From contig NC_016012.1 of NCBI RefSeq assembly GCF_000283555.1, positions 390,001 to 422,000 of the forward strand: a DNA stretch of 32,000 nt, in the 5' to 3' direction. Position numbers and translations under genes: made by a program. Below, one piece after another: positions 11,195 to 21,709 of this stretch. The notes below the pieces were generated by a model, which was not told the origin of the DNA, did no database searches, and was given only the letters and a program-made list of their open reading frames with translations. The first letter of the stretch is position 1, and every line of letters starts with the position of its first letter. Source of the stretch: Candidatus Arthromitus sp. SFB-rat-Yit. GTDB lineage: Bacteria; Bacillota; Clostridia; Clostridiales; Clostridiaceae.

Positions 11195-11230
11195 AGGGAT
11201 GATTAATTGATGTTAATCATCCTAATTTTT
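11195..11230 (+). terminator. Intrinsic terminator after rpmA
   Basis: Perfect 10-bp stem GGATGATTAA (11197-11206) / TTAATCATCC (11213-11222), loop TTGATG, then TAATTTTTT. Confidence 0.85.
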
Positions 11231-11237
11231 TAATTAG

Positions 11238-12554
<1,317 letters not shown>

Positions 12555-12577
12555 ATATTTTAATCGGGGTGTTTGAA

Positions 12578-13180
12578 TTGAAGATAGGGGTTTTAGGTGG
12601 TACATTTAATCCAGTACATAATGGACACATCAATATAGCTAATAAAATATATAATAAATTCAGGTTAGATAAAGTTTTATTTCTTTTAAATAAAATACCA
12701 CCTCATAAAGATTGTAAAGATATTTTAAGTGATGATGTTAGGCTTGAAATGTTAAAAAGAGCTATTAAATGTTACGATTATTTTGATATTGAGTATTATG
12801 AGTTGAAAAATGATTATGTATCTTATACGTATGAAAGCCTGGAATATTTAAAAAATTGTTTTGGTAATAGCGAATTATTTTTTATAATTGGTTCGGATAA
12901 TTTAATTAATTTTGGAAATTGGAAGAAAATTGATAGTATATTTAAAAGTGCAGTGATTGTGGTTTATTTGAGAGATAATAACCATCTAGAGCGTATTTTA
13001 GATATTAAAAATTATTATAAATATACTTATGATGCGCATATAGAGATTTTTTTGGGAGATATAATTGATGTATCTTCAACTGAAGTTAGAGAAAAAATCA
13101 CTAAGGGTGAGGATATTTTTAAACTTGTGCCAAATAGTGTTTATGACTATATTATTTCAAAAAAATTGTATTTGGAGTGA
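12578..13180 (+). CDS. nadD: Nicotinate-nucleotide adenylyltransferase (start refined to TTG 12578)
   Basis: KIGVLGGTFNPVHNGHINIANKI and ISSTEVREKI motifs; SD GGGGTG about 6 nt upstream of TTG. Confidence 0.94.
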   Translation: MKIGVLGGTFNPVHNGHINIANKIYNKFRLDKVLFLLNKIPPHKDCKDILSDDVRLEMLKRAIKCYDYFDIEYYELKNDYVSYTYESLEYLKNCFGNSELFFIIGSDNLINFGNWKKIDSIFKSAVIVVYLRDNNHLERILDIKNYYKYTYDAHIEIFLGDIIDVSSTEVREKITKGEDIFKLVPNSVYDYIISKKLYLE

Positions 13181-13183
13181 AGT

Positions 13184-13768
13184 ATGGATTTTTTAGCTAT
13201 TGATAGATACTTAAAGAAGAGTCTTAATAATTTCAGATATGAACATACTCTAAGAGTTGTTGATATGGGTATGATTTTATGTGATAAATTTTTTTGTTGT
13301 GATAGAGAAAAGATAAAGGCTGCTTGTTATTTTCATGATGCAGGAAAGAATTTGAAAGAGGATGTAATTTTAGAAATTATACTCAATGAAGGTTATGAGC
13401 CTAATGAATATGAACTTGAAAATATACATATTTTTCATGGATTTGCTTCTATGGTGATTGCACGAGATAAATTTAATGTAAGAGATGTTGAAATATTAAA
13501 TGCTATTAAGAATCATGTTACAGGTGTGGAGAATATGTCTGATATTGACAAAATTGTATTTCTTTCAGATTTCTTTGAAATGGGGAGAGATTTTGAGAGA
13601 GTTCATAAATCGAGAGATGCTGCTTTGATTGATTTAAATTTGGATAAGGCTATGTTACTTGCCTATGATTCTATAATTAGTGAGCTTTTAACAAGAGGAA
13701 GATTTATTCATGAAAATACTATAAGGGCAAGGAATTTTATTTTGAGAACTGGTGAAGGGATATTATAA
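13184..13768 (+). CDS. yqeK: HD-domain hydrolase YqeK family (Ap4A hydrolase type)
   Basis: RYEHTLRVVDMG ... CYFHDAGKN ... HGFASMVIARD HD-domain pattern; directly after nadD. Confidence 0.9.
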   Translation: MDFLAIDRYLKKSLNNFRYEHTLRVVDMGMILCDKFFCCDREKIKAACYFHDAGKNLKEDVILEIILNEGYEPNEYELENIHIFHGFASMVIARDKFNVRDVEILNAIKNHVTGVENMSDIDKIVFLSDFFEMGRDFERVHKSRDAALIDLNLDKAMLLAYDSIISELLTRGRFIHENTIRARNFILRTGEGIL

Positions 13769-13770
13769 AA

Positions 13771-14670
13771 TTGGATTTTTTAAAATATGAAATTTTGGAT
13801 GAAATTGATGGCGTGAAAATTAGAGATTATTTGAGATATGATAAGAAACTGAGTTCTAGGTTTATTAAGCAAGCTGCGATTGAGAGAAGAATATTTGTTA
13901 ATAATTCAAGTGTTAAACTCAATTATTATTTAAAAAAGGGTGACAAGATAAAAATAGATATATATAGGAAGAATGAAATTCAAAATATTTATCCAATCAA
14001 AGTTGATTTTGAAATTGTATACGAAGATAGGTTTATTTTGGTTGTAAATAAACCTAAGGATTTAGTTGTATATCCAAGTAAGAGTCATGATATATCTTTA
14101 TCCAATGGTGTAATGTATTATTTTAAGGTTAATAATATTGACTCGATCGTAAGACCTGTAAATAGGTTAGATATGAATACAACAGGTCTTTTGGTTATAG
14201 CTAAAAATCAATATTCTCATATGTTTTTATCTAATTGTATGCAGGATAATACTTTTCATAAAGAATATATTGCTATTGTTGAAGGGAATCTTAAAAATAC
14301 TAGAGGAGTTATTGAAAAAAATATTTTCAGACCTTCTGAAGATTCAGTAAAAAGATCTGTACATGATACTTGTGGTAAATTTGCAAGAACTATATATGAA
14401 GTTGTAGATAGATTTGATAATTGTGATTTAGTCAGGGTTAAGATAGAAACAGGTAGGACTCATCAAATACGTGTACATATGAGTTATCTTGGGAATCCAA
14501 TTGTTGGAGATGTTATGTATGGCAGTTGTATATATGTACCTCGATATTTGTTACATGCATATAAAATTAAATTTCTTCATCCATATACATTTAATATGGT
14601 TGAGTTTCGATCTTATATTCCAAGTGATATGAGTGAATATATAAAAGGTCAAAATAATCTTAATATTTAG
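13771..14670 (+). CDS. RluD-family 23S rRNA pseudouridine synthase, S4 domain plus catalytic domain
   Basis: VRPVNRLDMNTTGLLVIAKN catalytic motif, EYIAIVEG, GRTHQIRVHMSYLGNPIVGDVMYG. Confidence 0.93.
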   Translation: MDFLKYEILDEIDGVKIRDYLRYDKKLSSRFIKQAAIERRIFVNNSSVKLNYYLKKGDKIKIDIYRKNEIQNIYPIKVDFEIVYEDRFILVVNKPKDLVVYPSKSHDISLSNGVMYYFKVNNIDSIVRPVNRLDMNTTGLLVIAKNQYSHMFLSNCMQDNTFHKEYIAIVEGNLKNTRGVIEKNIFRPSEDSVKRSVHDTCGKFARTIYEVVDRFDNCDLVRVKIETGRTHQIRVHMSYLGNPIVGDVMYGSCIYVPRYLLHAYKIKFLHPYTFNMVEFRSYIPSDMSEYIKGQNNLNI

Positions 14671-14688
14671 ATTATTTTGACCTTTTAT
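14641..14688. terminator. Bidirectional intrinsic terminator between convergent genes
   Basis: 20-bp perfect stem ATAAAAGGTCAAAATAATCT (14641-14660) / AGATTATTTTGACCTTTTAT (14669-14688), 8-nt loop. Confidence 0.9.
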
Positions 14689-15545
14689 TTTGATGAAATG
14701 CTTACTTTTTTAACTTTGCTAAAACCATAATTAAATAGGTTTATTATGTCTTGAAGATATTCATCTTTACTCGAGGCTTTTAATGCCACAGCTATTAAAT
14801 CAACATTATTATTTCTTGCAGATGCTGCAAATGTATATTGAGCTGGCGTTGTAAAACCTGTTTTACCTAAGAGTGCATGCTTATAATAATATTTTCCATT
14901 TTTTAAGAGTAACTGGTTTTGGTTGTATATGTTAAAGGAATCTCCATTTATTCCAAGTATATCGTGTGATTTTGAAGTAGATATTTCTATAAATTTTTTG
15001 TTTTTAATAGCATAAGATAAAATTTTGCTTAAATCATATGCACATGTGTAATGTTTGTCGTTATGTAAACCGCTTGCATTTACAAAATTTGAATGATTTG
15101 CCCCTATAAGTTTAGCTTTTTTATTCATTAACTTTGAGAAATTTTCTTCAGATCCGCATGTATGTTCAGCTAAAGCTATTGCACAATCATTTCCTGAATT
15201 CAATAGTAATCCATATAATAAATCCTCAACTGTGTATAAACCATCTTGATATAGTCCAACTTTAGTACCGTTTATGTTTGAAGCTTTTTTGGAAACTCTA
15301 ACTCTTTCATTTAAGTCGAGGGTTTCTAATACAACTATTGCAGTCAAAATTTTTGTTGTTGATGCGGGATAAAATTTATCGTATGCATTTTTTTCGTATA
15401 TTACATTAGATGTTTGATGTGTCATAAGTATTGCAGATTTACTATTTATTATTATGTTTGTATCTATTAAAGATTTTGATTCTATTGGTAATGATACAAA
15501 ATTTAATAATAGTGATATAAAAATCAACTTACATAATGTTTTCAT
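14685..15545 (-). CDS. Secreted serine-type D-Ala-D-Ala carboxypeptidase (peptidase S11), short form
   Basis: Signal peptide; SxxK (PASTTKILTAIV), SGN (LLNSGNDCAIALAEH), KTG (LGKTGFTTPAQ). Confidence 0.92.
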   Translation of the reverse strand: MKTLCKLIFISLLLNFVSLPIESKSLIDTNIIINSKSAILMTHQTSNVIYEKNAYDKFYPASTTKILTAIVVLETLDLNERVRVSKKASNINGTKVGLYQDGLYTVEDLLYGLLLNSGNDCAIALAEHTCGSEENFSKLMNKKAKLIGANHSNFVNASGLHNDKHYTCAYDLSKILSYAIKNKKFIEISTSKSHDILGINGDSFNIYNQNQLLLKNGKYYYKHALLGKTGFTTPAQYTFAASARNNNVDLIAVALKASSKDEYLQDIINLFNYGFSKVKKVSISSK

Positions 15546-15709
15546 TTAATCCTCCAGAATAAAAATTAAAAGCATTCTTTATTATTTGCAAATTAAATTT
15601 AAATTATAAATTATTACAATTATATATTTTGTAAAAAGTTTAGTATTTTTTGTTTAAATAATATTAAAAAATGGAATTAATATTAAAAATTATTTTATTG
15701 GGGTATGGT

Positions 15710-16408
15710 ATGTTAAAAAAGGATAATTTAATTAAAATTTTATCTATGGTGATAGTAGGTATTGTATTTTTATCTGTATTTATTATTTATAATAAATCAT
15801 CTGAAAATGCACATAAAGAAGTTGTTTCTTTAAATGAATTTATTCATGAAGATGAAAAACAAGATGGTGGAGATGGAGATAGTGGAGATGGAGATAGTAT
15901 TGAGGCAAGTTTATATGTAGAAAATGATGAGTATATTAAGAAGAGTATTTTTGTTGAAGTGAAAGGCGAGGTCTTAAAACCAGATGTTTATAAAATGGAA
16001 GAGGGAAGTATTGTTTACGATTTGATTTCAATAGCAGGTGGTATAACAGATAAAGGAAGCCTTGATAACATTAATCAAGCACGTGAAATTAAAAATGGAG
16101 AGTGTATTGTTGTACAATCTATAGATGATATTTCAAATTTGCACAATGGTGATTTGTTAAATAACAAATTGAATACAGAAACGATAGGTGTAGAAAATAA
16201 AAAAGATGTAGTATCATCCATTATTAACATTAATACTGCATCAAAAGAAGAACTTAAGAGTTTAAATGGAATTGGGGATGTTTTGGCAGATTCGATTATA
16301 GAGTATAGGGAAGAAAATGGTGAATTTAAATCGGTTGAAGATATAAAAAATATACCTCGTATTGGGAGTAAGACTTTTGAAAAATTTAAGGATAAAATAG
16401 CTGTTTAA
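15710..16408 (+). CDS. comEA: ComEA-like protein: TM anchor, SLBB domain, C-terminal helix-hairpin-helix (start refined from 15671 to ATG 15710)
   Basis: VFVEVKGEVLKPDVYKMEEGSIVYDLISIAGGITDKG (SLBB) and INTASKEELKSLNGIGDVLADSIIEYREENGEFKSVEDIKNIPRIGSKTFEKFKDKI (HhH). Confidence 0.9.
   Translation: MLKKDNLIKILSMVIVGIVFLSVFIIYNKSSENAHKEVVSLNEFIHEDEKQDGGDGDSGDGDSIEASLYVENDEYIKKSIFVEVKGEVLKPDVYKMEEGSIVYDLISIAGGITDKGSLDNINQAREIKNGECIVVQSIDDISNLHNGDLLNNKLNTETIGVENKKDVVSSIININTASKEELKSLNGIGDVLADSIIEYREENGEFKSVEDIKNIPRIGSKTFEKFKDKIAV
15869..15898 (+). repeat. Perfect 15-bp tandem duplication GGAGATGGAGATAGT x2 within comEA
   Basis: Direct reading; encodes an acidic Gly/Asp linker GGDGDSGDGDS. Confidence 0.9.
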
Positions 16409-16468
16409 AATAATATTTAAAGTATGTTATAATTTAATTCACTAATGTTTAGAGGAGGGATTTTTAGG

Positions 16469-17500
16469 ATGTATGAAAAATATAAACTCACACAACTTAG
16501 TCAAACTTCTGGATGAGGTGCTAAAATAGAACCGGGGGTTCTTTCGAATATTTTAAATAAATTACCAGTTTTTGATGATAAAAATTTAATAGTTGGATTT
16601 GAAAGTAGTGATGATGCAGCTGTATATAAGTTTGATGATAATTTGGGAATTATATCGACTTTGGATTTTTTTACTCCAATAGTTGATGATCCATATATTT
16701 TTGGGCAAATTGCTGCTGCTAATGCGTTAAGTGATGTTTATGCTATGGGTGGTGTTCCTGTACTTTGTTTAAATATTGTTGGTTTTCCTAAATCTCTTCC
16801 TATCGAAATTTTATATGAGATTTTAAGGGGCGGTGCAGATAAGGTAAAAGAAGCAGGTGCTATTGTAACTGGAGGTCATTCGATTCAGGATAATGAGCCC
16901 AAATATGGTCTTTCTATCATTGGTAAGGTACTTCCAGATCGTATTTATAAAAACTATGGTGCGAAACCTGGGGACAAACTTGTTTTAACTAAAAAGCTTG
17001 GAGTTGGAGCACTTATTAAAGCGATAAAAAAAGAGGTTTGCTCTCAGAAAGGTTACAATGATGCTGTAGAATCAATGATTATTTTAAATAAATATGCGTA
17101 TGAGGCTTCTATTGGATTGAGAATAAATGCTTGTACTGATATAACAGGATTTTCTCTTTTGGGTCATGGATATGAAATGGCATCTGCATCTAAAGTTTCG
17201 TTATATTTAGATAAAAATAGTATTCCAATTATTGAAAGTTCTATTGAATATGTTAAAGATGGGATTATTCCAGGGGGTACATATACAAATAAGAAATATT
17301 TAGTTAATGATGTTTTTTGCGACTGCGAAGATTGGCTTGAAAATATACTGTTTGAACCTCAAACTTCTGGGGGATTATTATTTTCAATCGAAGCGGAAGA
17401 TTTAGATAAATTTAAGAAAAATTTAGAAGAGAAACATGTGTTTTATAAAGTTATTGGTGAGGTTAGAGAGTTTAAAGATAAATTTTTATATGTAAGATAA
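16469..17500 (+). CDS. selD: Selenide, water dikinase (selenophosphate synthetase) containing selenocysteine at codon 16 (UGA 16514-16516)
   Basis: ATG 16469 with SD GAGGAGGG, then [95 protein letters not shown]; same frame as the track ORF starting at 16643; followed by selA and selB. Confidence 0.96.
16523..16560 (+). promoter_or_regulatory. Bacterial SECIS-like hairpin directly downstream of the selD UGA
   Basis: AGAACC (16528-16533) / GGTTCT (16537-16542) 6-bp stem with GGG apical loop starting 17 nt after the UGA; possible lower stem AAAAT/ATTTT. Confidence 0.75.
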
Positions 17501-17510
17501 AAGGAATGAT

Positions 17511-18899
17511 GTGTTATTGAACGATTTATATAAGAAAATTCCTAAGATTGATGAATTATTAAGATTAGATAATGTTAAGGAAGCACTTGACTTATATCCA
17601 AGGGAAGCTATATTAAATATACTTAGAAATATTTTAAGTACATATAGAAAAATGATTAAATTTGGGAATCAACTCGATGTGAGTATTAAAACAATATCAC
17701 AGACATTTGAATATGAGCTGTATAAGGAATTTAGGTATAGTATTAGAAGAGTTATTAATGCAACTGGAGTAATTATACATACAAATCTTGGAAGAAGTAA
17801 AATATGTAAAGATGGAATTAATCATATGATTGAGGTTGCAGAAAATTATTCAAATTTAGAGTATAATCTAGAAGAAGGAACAAGGGGAAATAGATATTCT
17901 CATATTGAAGAAATAATATGCAAGGTTCTTGGGTGTGAATCAGCTATTGTTGTGAATAATAATGCGGCTGCTATAATGCTTGTATTAGATACTTTATGTA
18001 AGAATACGGAGGTTATTGTTTCAAGAGGTGAACTCGTTGAGATTGGAGGATCTTTTAGAATACCTAATGTTATGAAGTTTAGTGGAGCTATATTAAAAGA
18101 GGTAGGTTGCACTAATAGAACTCATTTGTTTGATTATGAAAATGAAATAAATGATAATACAAGTGCATTTCTTAAGGTTCACACTTCTAATTATTATATT
18201 GAGGGTTTTGAGAAAAAGGTAAGTATTAAAGAGTTGAGCACTCTTAAGGAAAGGTATAATAAAATAATAATTGAAGATATTGGAAGTGGATCTATAATAG
18301 ATTTGTCTAAATATGGAATTAAGTCTGAGGAGAGTTTGGTTCAAAAATCTTTATGTGATGGTGCGGATATTGTTACTTTTAGTGGGGACAAAATGCTTGG
18401 TGGACCTCAAGCAGGAATTATTGTTGGGAGAAAACATTTGATTGATAAGATGAAAAAGAATCATTTGTTAAGAGCTTTGAGGGTTGATAAATTTATTCTT
18501 GCTTCATTGGAATCTACTTTTAGGTGTTATTTAGATGAAAAATTTGCAGTTAAAAATATACCGACACTTAGAATGATTACATATAAATTTGAATTCTTAA
18601 AAAAAAATGCTTTGAAACTATTTAATAAACTTAATGGAATAGATGGATTTAATATAGAAGTTGGTGAAGGATTTTCTATTATAGGTGGGGGGTCTATGCC
18701 GAAAGAAAAGATAAAAACTTATGTTTTGATGGTAAAGCATAAATTTATGTCTGCGTATGAAGTTGAGAAAAGACTTAGATATAATATTATTCCAATTATA
18801 GTTAGAGTTGAAGATGGGTTTGTTAAGCTTGATGTTCGGACTATAGAAGAATTTGAGTTTGATGAAATTTATAATGCATTTGTTAAACTGAGGTGTTGA
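17511..18899 (+). CDS. selA: L-seryl-tRNA(Sec) selenium transferase
   Basis: RRVINATGVIIHTNLGRS, SGDKMLGGPQAGIIVGRK (PLP lysine region); GTG start. Confidence 0.97.
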   Translation: MLLNDLYKKIPKIDELLRLDNVKEALDLYPREAILNILRNILSTYRKMIKFGNQLDVSIKTISQTFEYELYKEFRYSIRRVINATGVIIHTNLGRSKICKDGINHMIEVAENYSNLEYNLEEGTRGNRYSHIEEIICKVLGCESAIVVNNNAAAIMLVLDTLCKNTEVIVSRGELVEIGGSFRIPNVMKFSGAILKEVGCTNRTHLFDYENEINDNTSAFLKVHTSNYYIEGFEKKVSIKELSTLKERYNKIIIEDIGSGSIIDLSKYGIKSEESLVQKSLCDGADIVTFSGDKMLGGPQAGIIVGRKHLIDKMKKNHLLRALRVDKFILASLESTFRCYLDEKFAVKNIPTLRMITYKFEFLKKNALKLFNKLNGIDGFNIEVGEGFSIIGGGSMPKEKIKTYVLMVKHKFMSAYEVEKRLRYNIIPIIVRVEDGFVKLDVRTIEEFEFDEIYNAFVKLRC

Positions 18900-18903
18900 A
18901 GGA

Positions 18904-20805
18904 TTGAAAAATATTATATTGGGAACGGCTGGGCATATTGATCATGGTAAGACATCGCTTATAAAATATTTAACTAACATTGATACTGATTCATTAGAAG
19001 AAGAGAAAAGAAGAGGGATATCTATAAATTTGGGATTTGCTTTTTTTGATCTACCATGTGGTAGTAGAGTTGGTGTTATAGATGTTCCAGGTCATGAAAA
19101 ATTCATTAAAAATATGATAGCAGGTTCAGTTGGGATTGATATAGTTCTTTTGGTTATTGCTTGTGATGAAGGGGTAAAACCTCAAACTAGGGAACATATA
19201 GATATTTTAAATATTTTGAATGTTAATAAAGGAATAGTTGTACTAACTAAGAGAGATTTAGTTGATGATGAATGGTATGACTTTATAAAAAATGATATAG
19301 AAAATGAATTAAAGGGAACTTTTTTAAAAAATTCTACCATAATAGGATTTTCATCTAAGAGTGGACATGGGTATGATGAGCTTATAAATGAGATAGAGAG
19401 ATTGATGAGATATGACGATTATAAAAGATCTCATGGAATATTTAGAATGTCAATTGATAGGTGCTTTAGTGTAAGTGGATTTGGTACTGTTATTACAGGA
19501 ACTGTAATATCTGGGAAAGTATGTTTAAATGATAGTTTATTTATATATCCATTAGGAATTGAATGTAAGGTGCGAAATATTCAAGTTTATGAGGAAAATA
19601 AAAAAGAGGCATTTTCTGGACAAAGGTGTGCGATAAATTTATCTAGTGTTAAGAAGGAAATAAAGAGAGGATATGTTGTATCTACAAATCCAACATTTGA
19701 CTTAAGTTATATTATAGACTGTAAATTTTATTCAGTTAAGAATTTAGATAAAAATATAATAAATGGTCAGAGGATACGTTTTCTTCATGGAACTAGTGAA
19801 GTTATTGGAAGGATGTATATTTTAGATAAACATGAGATTGTAAAAAATTCAGAGGCTTATGTTCAGATTCGTTTAGAGAAACCAGTTTTATGTTTAAAAC
19901 ACGATAGATATGTAATTAGGATGTATTCTCCTATGGTAACTATCGGTGGGGGTTATGTTATAAGTGCATTATCAAAAAGGGTTAATGGTAATAATGAAAA
20001 ATATTTAGAGGAAGTTAAGTTAAAAGAGAAAGAAGTAAGCGAAGATTATTTGTCCTTATTAATTGAGAAGGATAGGAATTATATAATTGATCTTAATTAT
20101 ATTTGTAAAAATCATTTATTAATAGAAGATGAAATTTTGCCAAAACTTGATAGATTAATTGATAAAGGTGTACTGGTTTGTTTTTTTGATGGTAATAGTA
20201 AATATTTTATTCATAAAAATAATTTAAATAAGATTTATTCTAAAATTGAGGAGATACTTACTAAATATCATTCTGAAAATAAATTTAGAATTGGTTTTTT
20301 AAAAGAAGAATTAAGAGAAAAGTTAAATTTTAAGGGAATAAAATCTAAGATTTATCTACTTATGCTCAATTATTTTGAAAATATGGGATATATAAATATG
20401 ACATTAAAGTATATTTCTCTTAGTAATTTTAAAATAGAATTATCGAATGATGAAAATAAAATAATTAATGGGATTATCGATGAATATAAGAGTAATAAAT
20501 TTATACCACCTAAAATTAAGGATTTGGAAAATAAATTCAATTGTAGAGATTTTATGGAAATACATCATTATTTAGAGGAGATAGGAATTTTATATAAAAT
20601 TAATTTGCAGATGTATCTTTTGAATGAAGATTTTATATTCGCAAAAGATGAGATAATTAATTTTATAAAGAGAAATGGATTTATTGATCTTAATTTAGTT
20701 AAGGAACTTTTAAATTCTAACAGGAAATATTCTGTATTACTTCTTGAACACTTAGATGAGTTAAAAATAACTATAAGAAAAGATAATAAAAGGATTTTAA
20801 TTTAA
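18904..20805 (+). CDS. selB: Selenocysteine-specific translation elongation factor SelB
   Basis: GTAGHIDHGKTSLIKYLTNIDTDSLEEEKRRGISINLGFAFF, DVPGHEKFIKNM, long C-terminal winged-helix region; TTG start. Confidence 0.97.
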   Translation: MKNIILGTAGHIDHGKTSLIKYLTNIDTDSLEEEKRRGISINLGFAFFDLPCGSRVGVIDVPGHEKFIKNMIAGSVGIDIVLLVIACDEGVKPQTREHIDILNILNVNKGIVVLTKRDLVDDEWYDFIKNDIENELKGTFLKNSTIIGFSSKSGHGYDELINEIERLMRYDDYKRSHGIFRMSIDRCFSVSGFGTVITGTVISGKVCLNDSLFIYPLGIECKVRNIQVYEENKKEAFSGQRCAINLSSVKKEIKRGYVVSTNPTFDLSYIIDCKFYSVKNLDKNIINGQRIRFLHGTSEVIGRMYILDKHEIVKNSEAYVQIRLEKPVLCLKHDRYVIRMYSPMVTIGGGYVISALSKRVNGNNEKYLEEVKLKEKEVSEDYLSLLIEKDRNYIIDLNYICKNHLLIEDEILPKLDRLIDKGVLVCFFDGNSKYFIHKNNLNKIYSKIEEILTKYHSENKFRIGFLKEELREKLNFKGIKSKIYLLMLNYFENMGYINMTLKYISLSNFKIELSNDENKIINGIIDEYKSNKFIPPKIKDLENKFNCRDFMEIHHYLEEIGILYKINLQMYLLNEDFIFAKDEIINFIKRNGFIDLNLVKELLNSNRKYSVLLLEHLDELKITIRKDNKRILI

Positions 20806-20837
20806 AGGGAGTGCATTTTAATGCACCCCTTCTTTTT
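20804..20837 (+). terminator. Intrinsic terminator closing selDAB
   Basis: AAGGGAGTGCATT / AATGCACCCCTT stem-loop followed by CTTTTTG, immediately after the selB stop. Confidence 0.85.
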
Positions 20838-20927
20838 GTTTTTAAATAAATATTATTATATGTTTGTGTGAATTTTTAAATTTTAAATGGAGAAAATAAT
20901 CTTGATATATGGATGGAGGGGATATGG

Positions 20928-21611
20928 TTGATATTCACTAATGTTTTTTTAGGAATAGCAATATTTTTAAACAGCATAGCCTGTTCAACTTTTAATAAAG
21001 TGTCTACTAATCAAATATCTGCAGAGAAAAGTGATGTAATGGTACTAAATTCTAATGAGGAATTTTTTGATTTACATAAAAATTCTCCGAGGTATTTTTT
21101 AGATAGTATTGTTTATGAAAATAGAGCAAAAGGTTTATTAAGTAAGAATTTTGAAAAGAATTTTGAAGAGTTTTATGATCAAATTAACGATCGATTATTA
21201 TTCTTAGAAAGAGAGATAGAAAAAATTGAAAACAATGCACAAGCATTTTCAAGTGAGTACATATTTCATAGAAGAAATTATATAATGACAGGAATTCAAA
21301 ATTTAAGAAATAGAATAGAGTGCATGAGTGTAAGAGATAAACGAAAACTTATATGTTATGAATATAAAAATGGAGATATTGGAAATTATGATGGGATATT
21401 AGGATTTAGCATTATATATGCCGACAAGTATAAGCCATTTTTGATTGGAAGTATAGCAATGCCTGATTATATTGGTAAAATTGAGCCGATGATTACATAT
21501 AGAACTTTAAGTACATATAAATCTAAATATAAAATCACAAATGAAAAATTCTACGCTGAAGCATTGAATTATTTGGATAGATATTTTCTAGAAACAGTAG
21601 GATTTAAATAA
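20928..21611 (+). CDS. Uncharacterised protein with a hydrophobic N-terminus (start refined to TTG 20928; the track start 20913 overlaps the SD)
   Basis: IFTNVFLGIAIFLNSIACSTF then a soluble 200-aa region. SD GGAGGGG at 20916-20922 argues for the downstream start. Confidence 0.6.
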   Translation: MIFTNVFLGIAIFLNSIACSTFNKVSTNQISAEKSDVMVLNSNEEFFDLHKNSPRYFLDSIVYENRAKGLLSKNFEKNFEEFYDQINDRLLFLEREIEKIENNAQAFSSEYIFHRRNYIMTGIQNLRNRIECMSVRDKRKLICYEYKNGDIGNYDGILGFSIIYADKYKPFLIGSIAMPDYIGKIEPMITYRTLSTYKSKYKITNEKFYAEALNYLDRYFLETVGFK

Positions 21612-21709
21612 ATTATTAAATATCATATATAAACTTGTAAAATAAATTAAAATAAATTAAATTATAAATAACAAAATGTTTACAAGTATGCTTTATGAAA
21701 GGGATATTA

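Noticed and set aside
18093-18344. Minus-strand ORF (hydrophobic, low complexity) within selA
   Set aside because: AT-rich shadow ORF; the selA frame is fully conserved through this region.
18885-18960. Possible second in-frame UGA/Sec readthrough at the selA stop (RC-UGA)
   Set aside because: The continuation is short, has no homology-like motif, and overlaps the confirmed selB start.
20806-20930. Possible selC (tRNA-Sec) next to selB
   Set aside because: The gap holds only a terminator and AT-rich sequence, with no long-armed cloverleaf or TCA anticodon context. selC must lie elsewhere if the pathway works.
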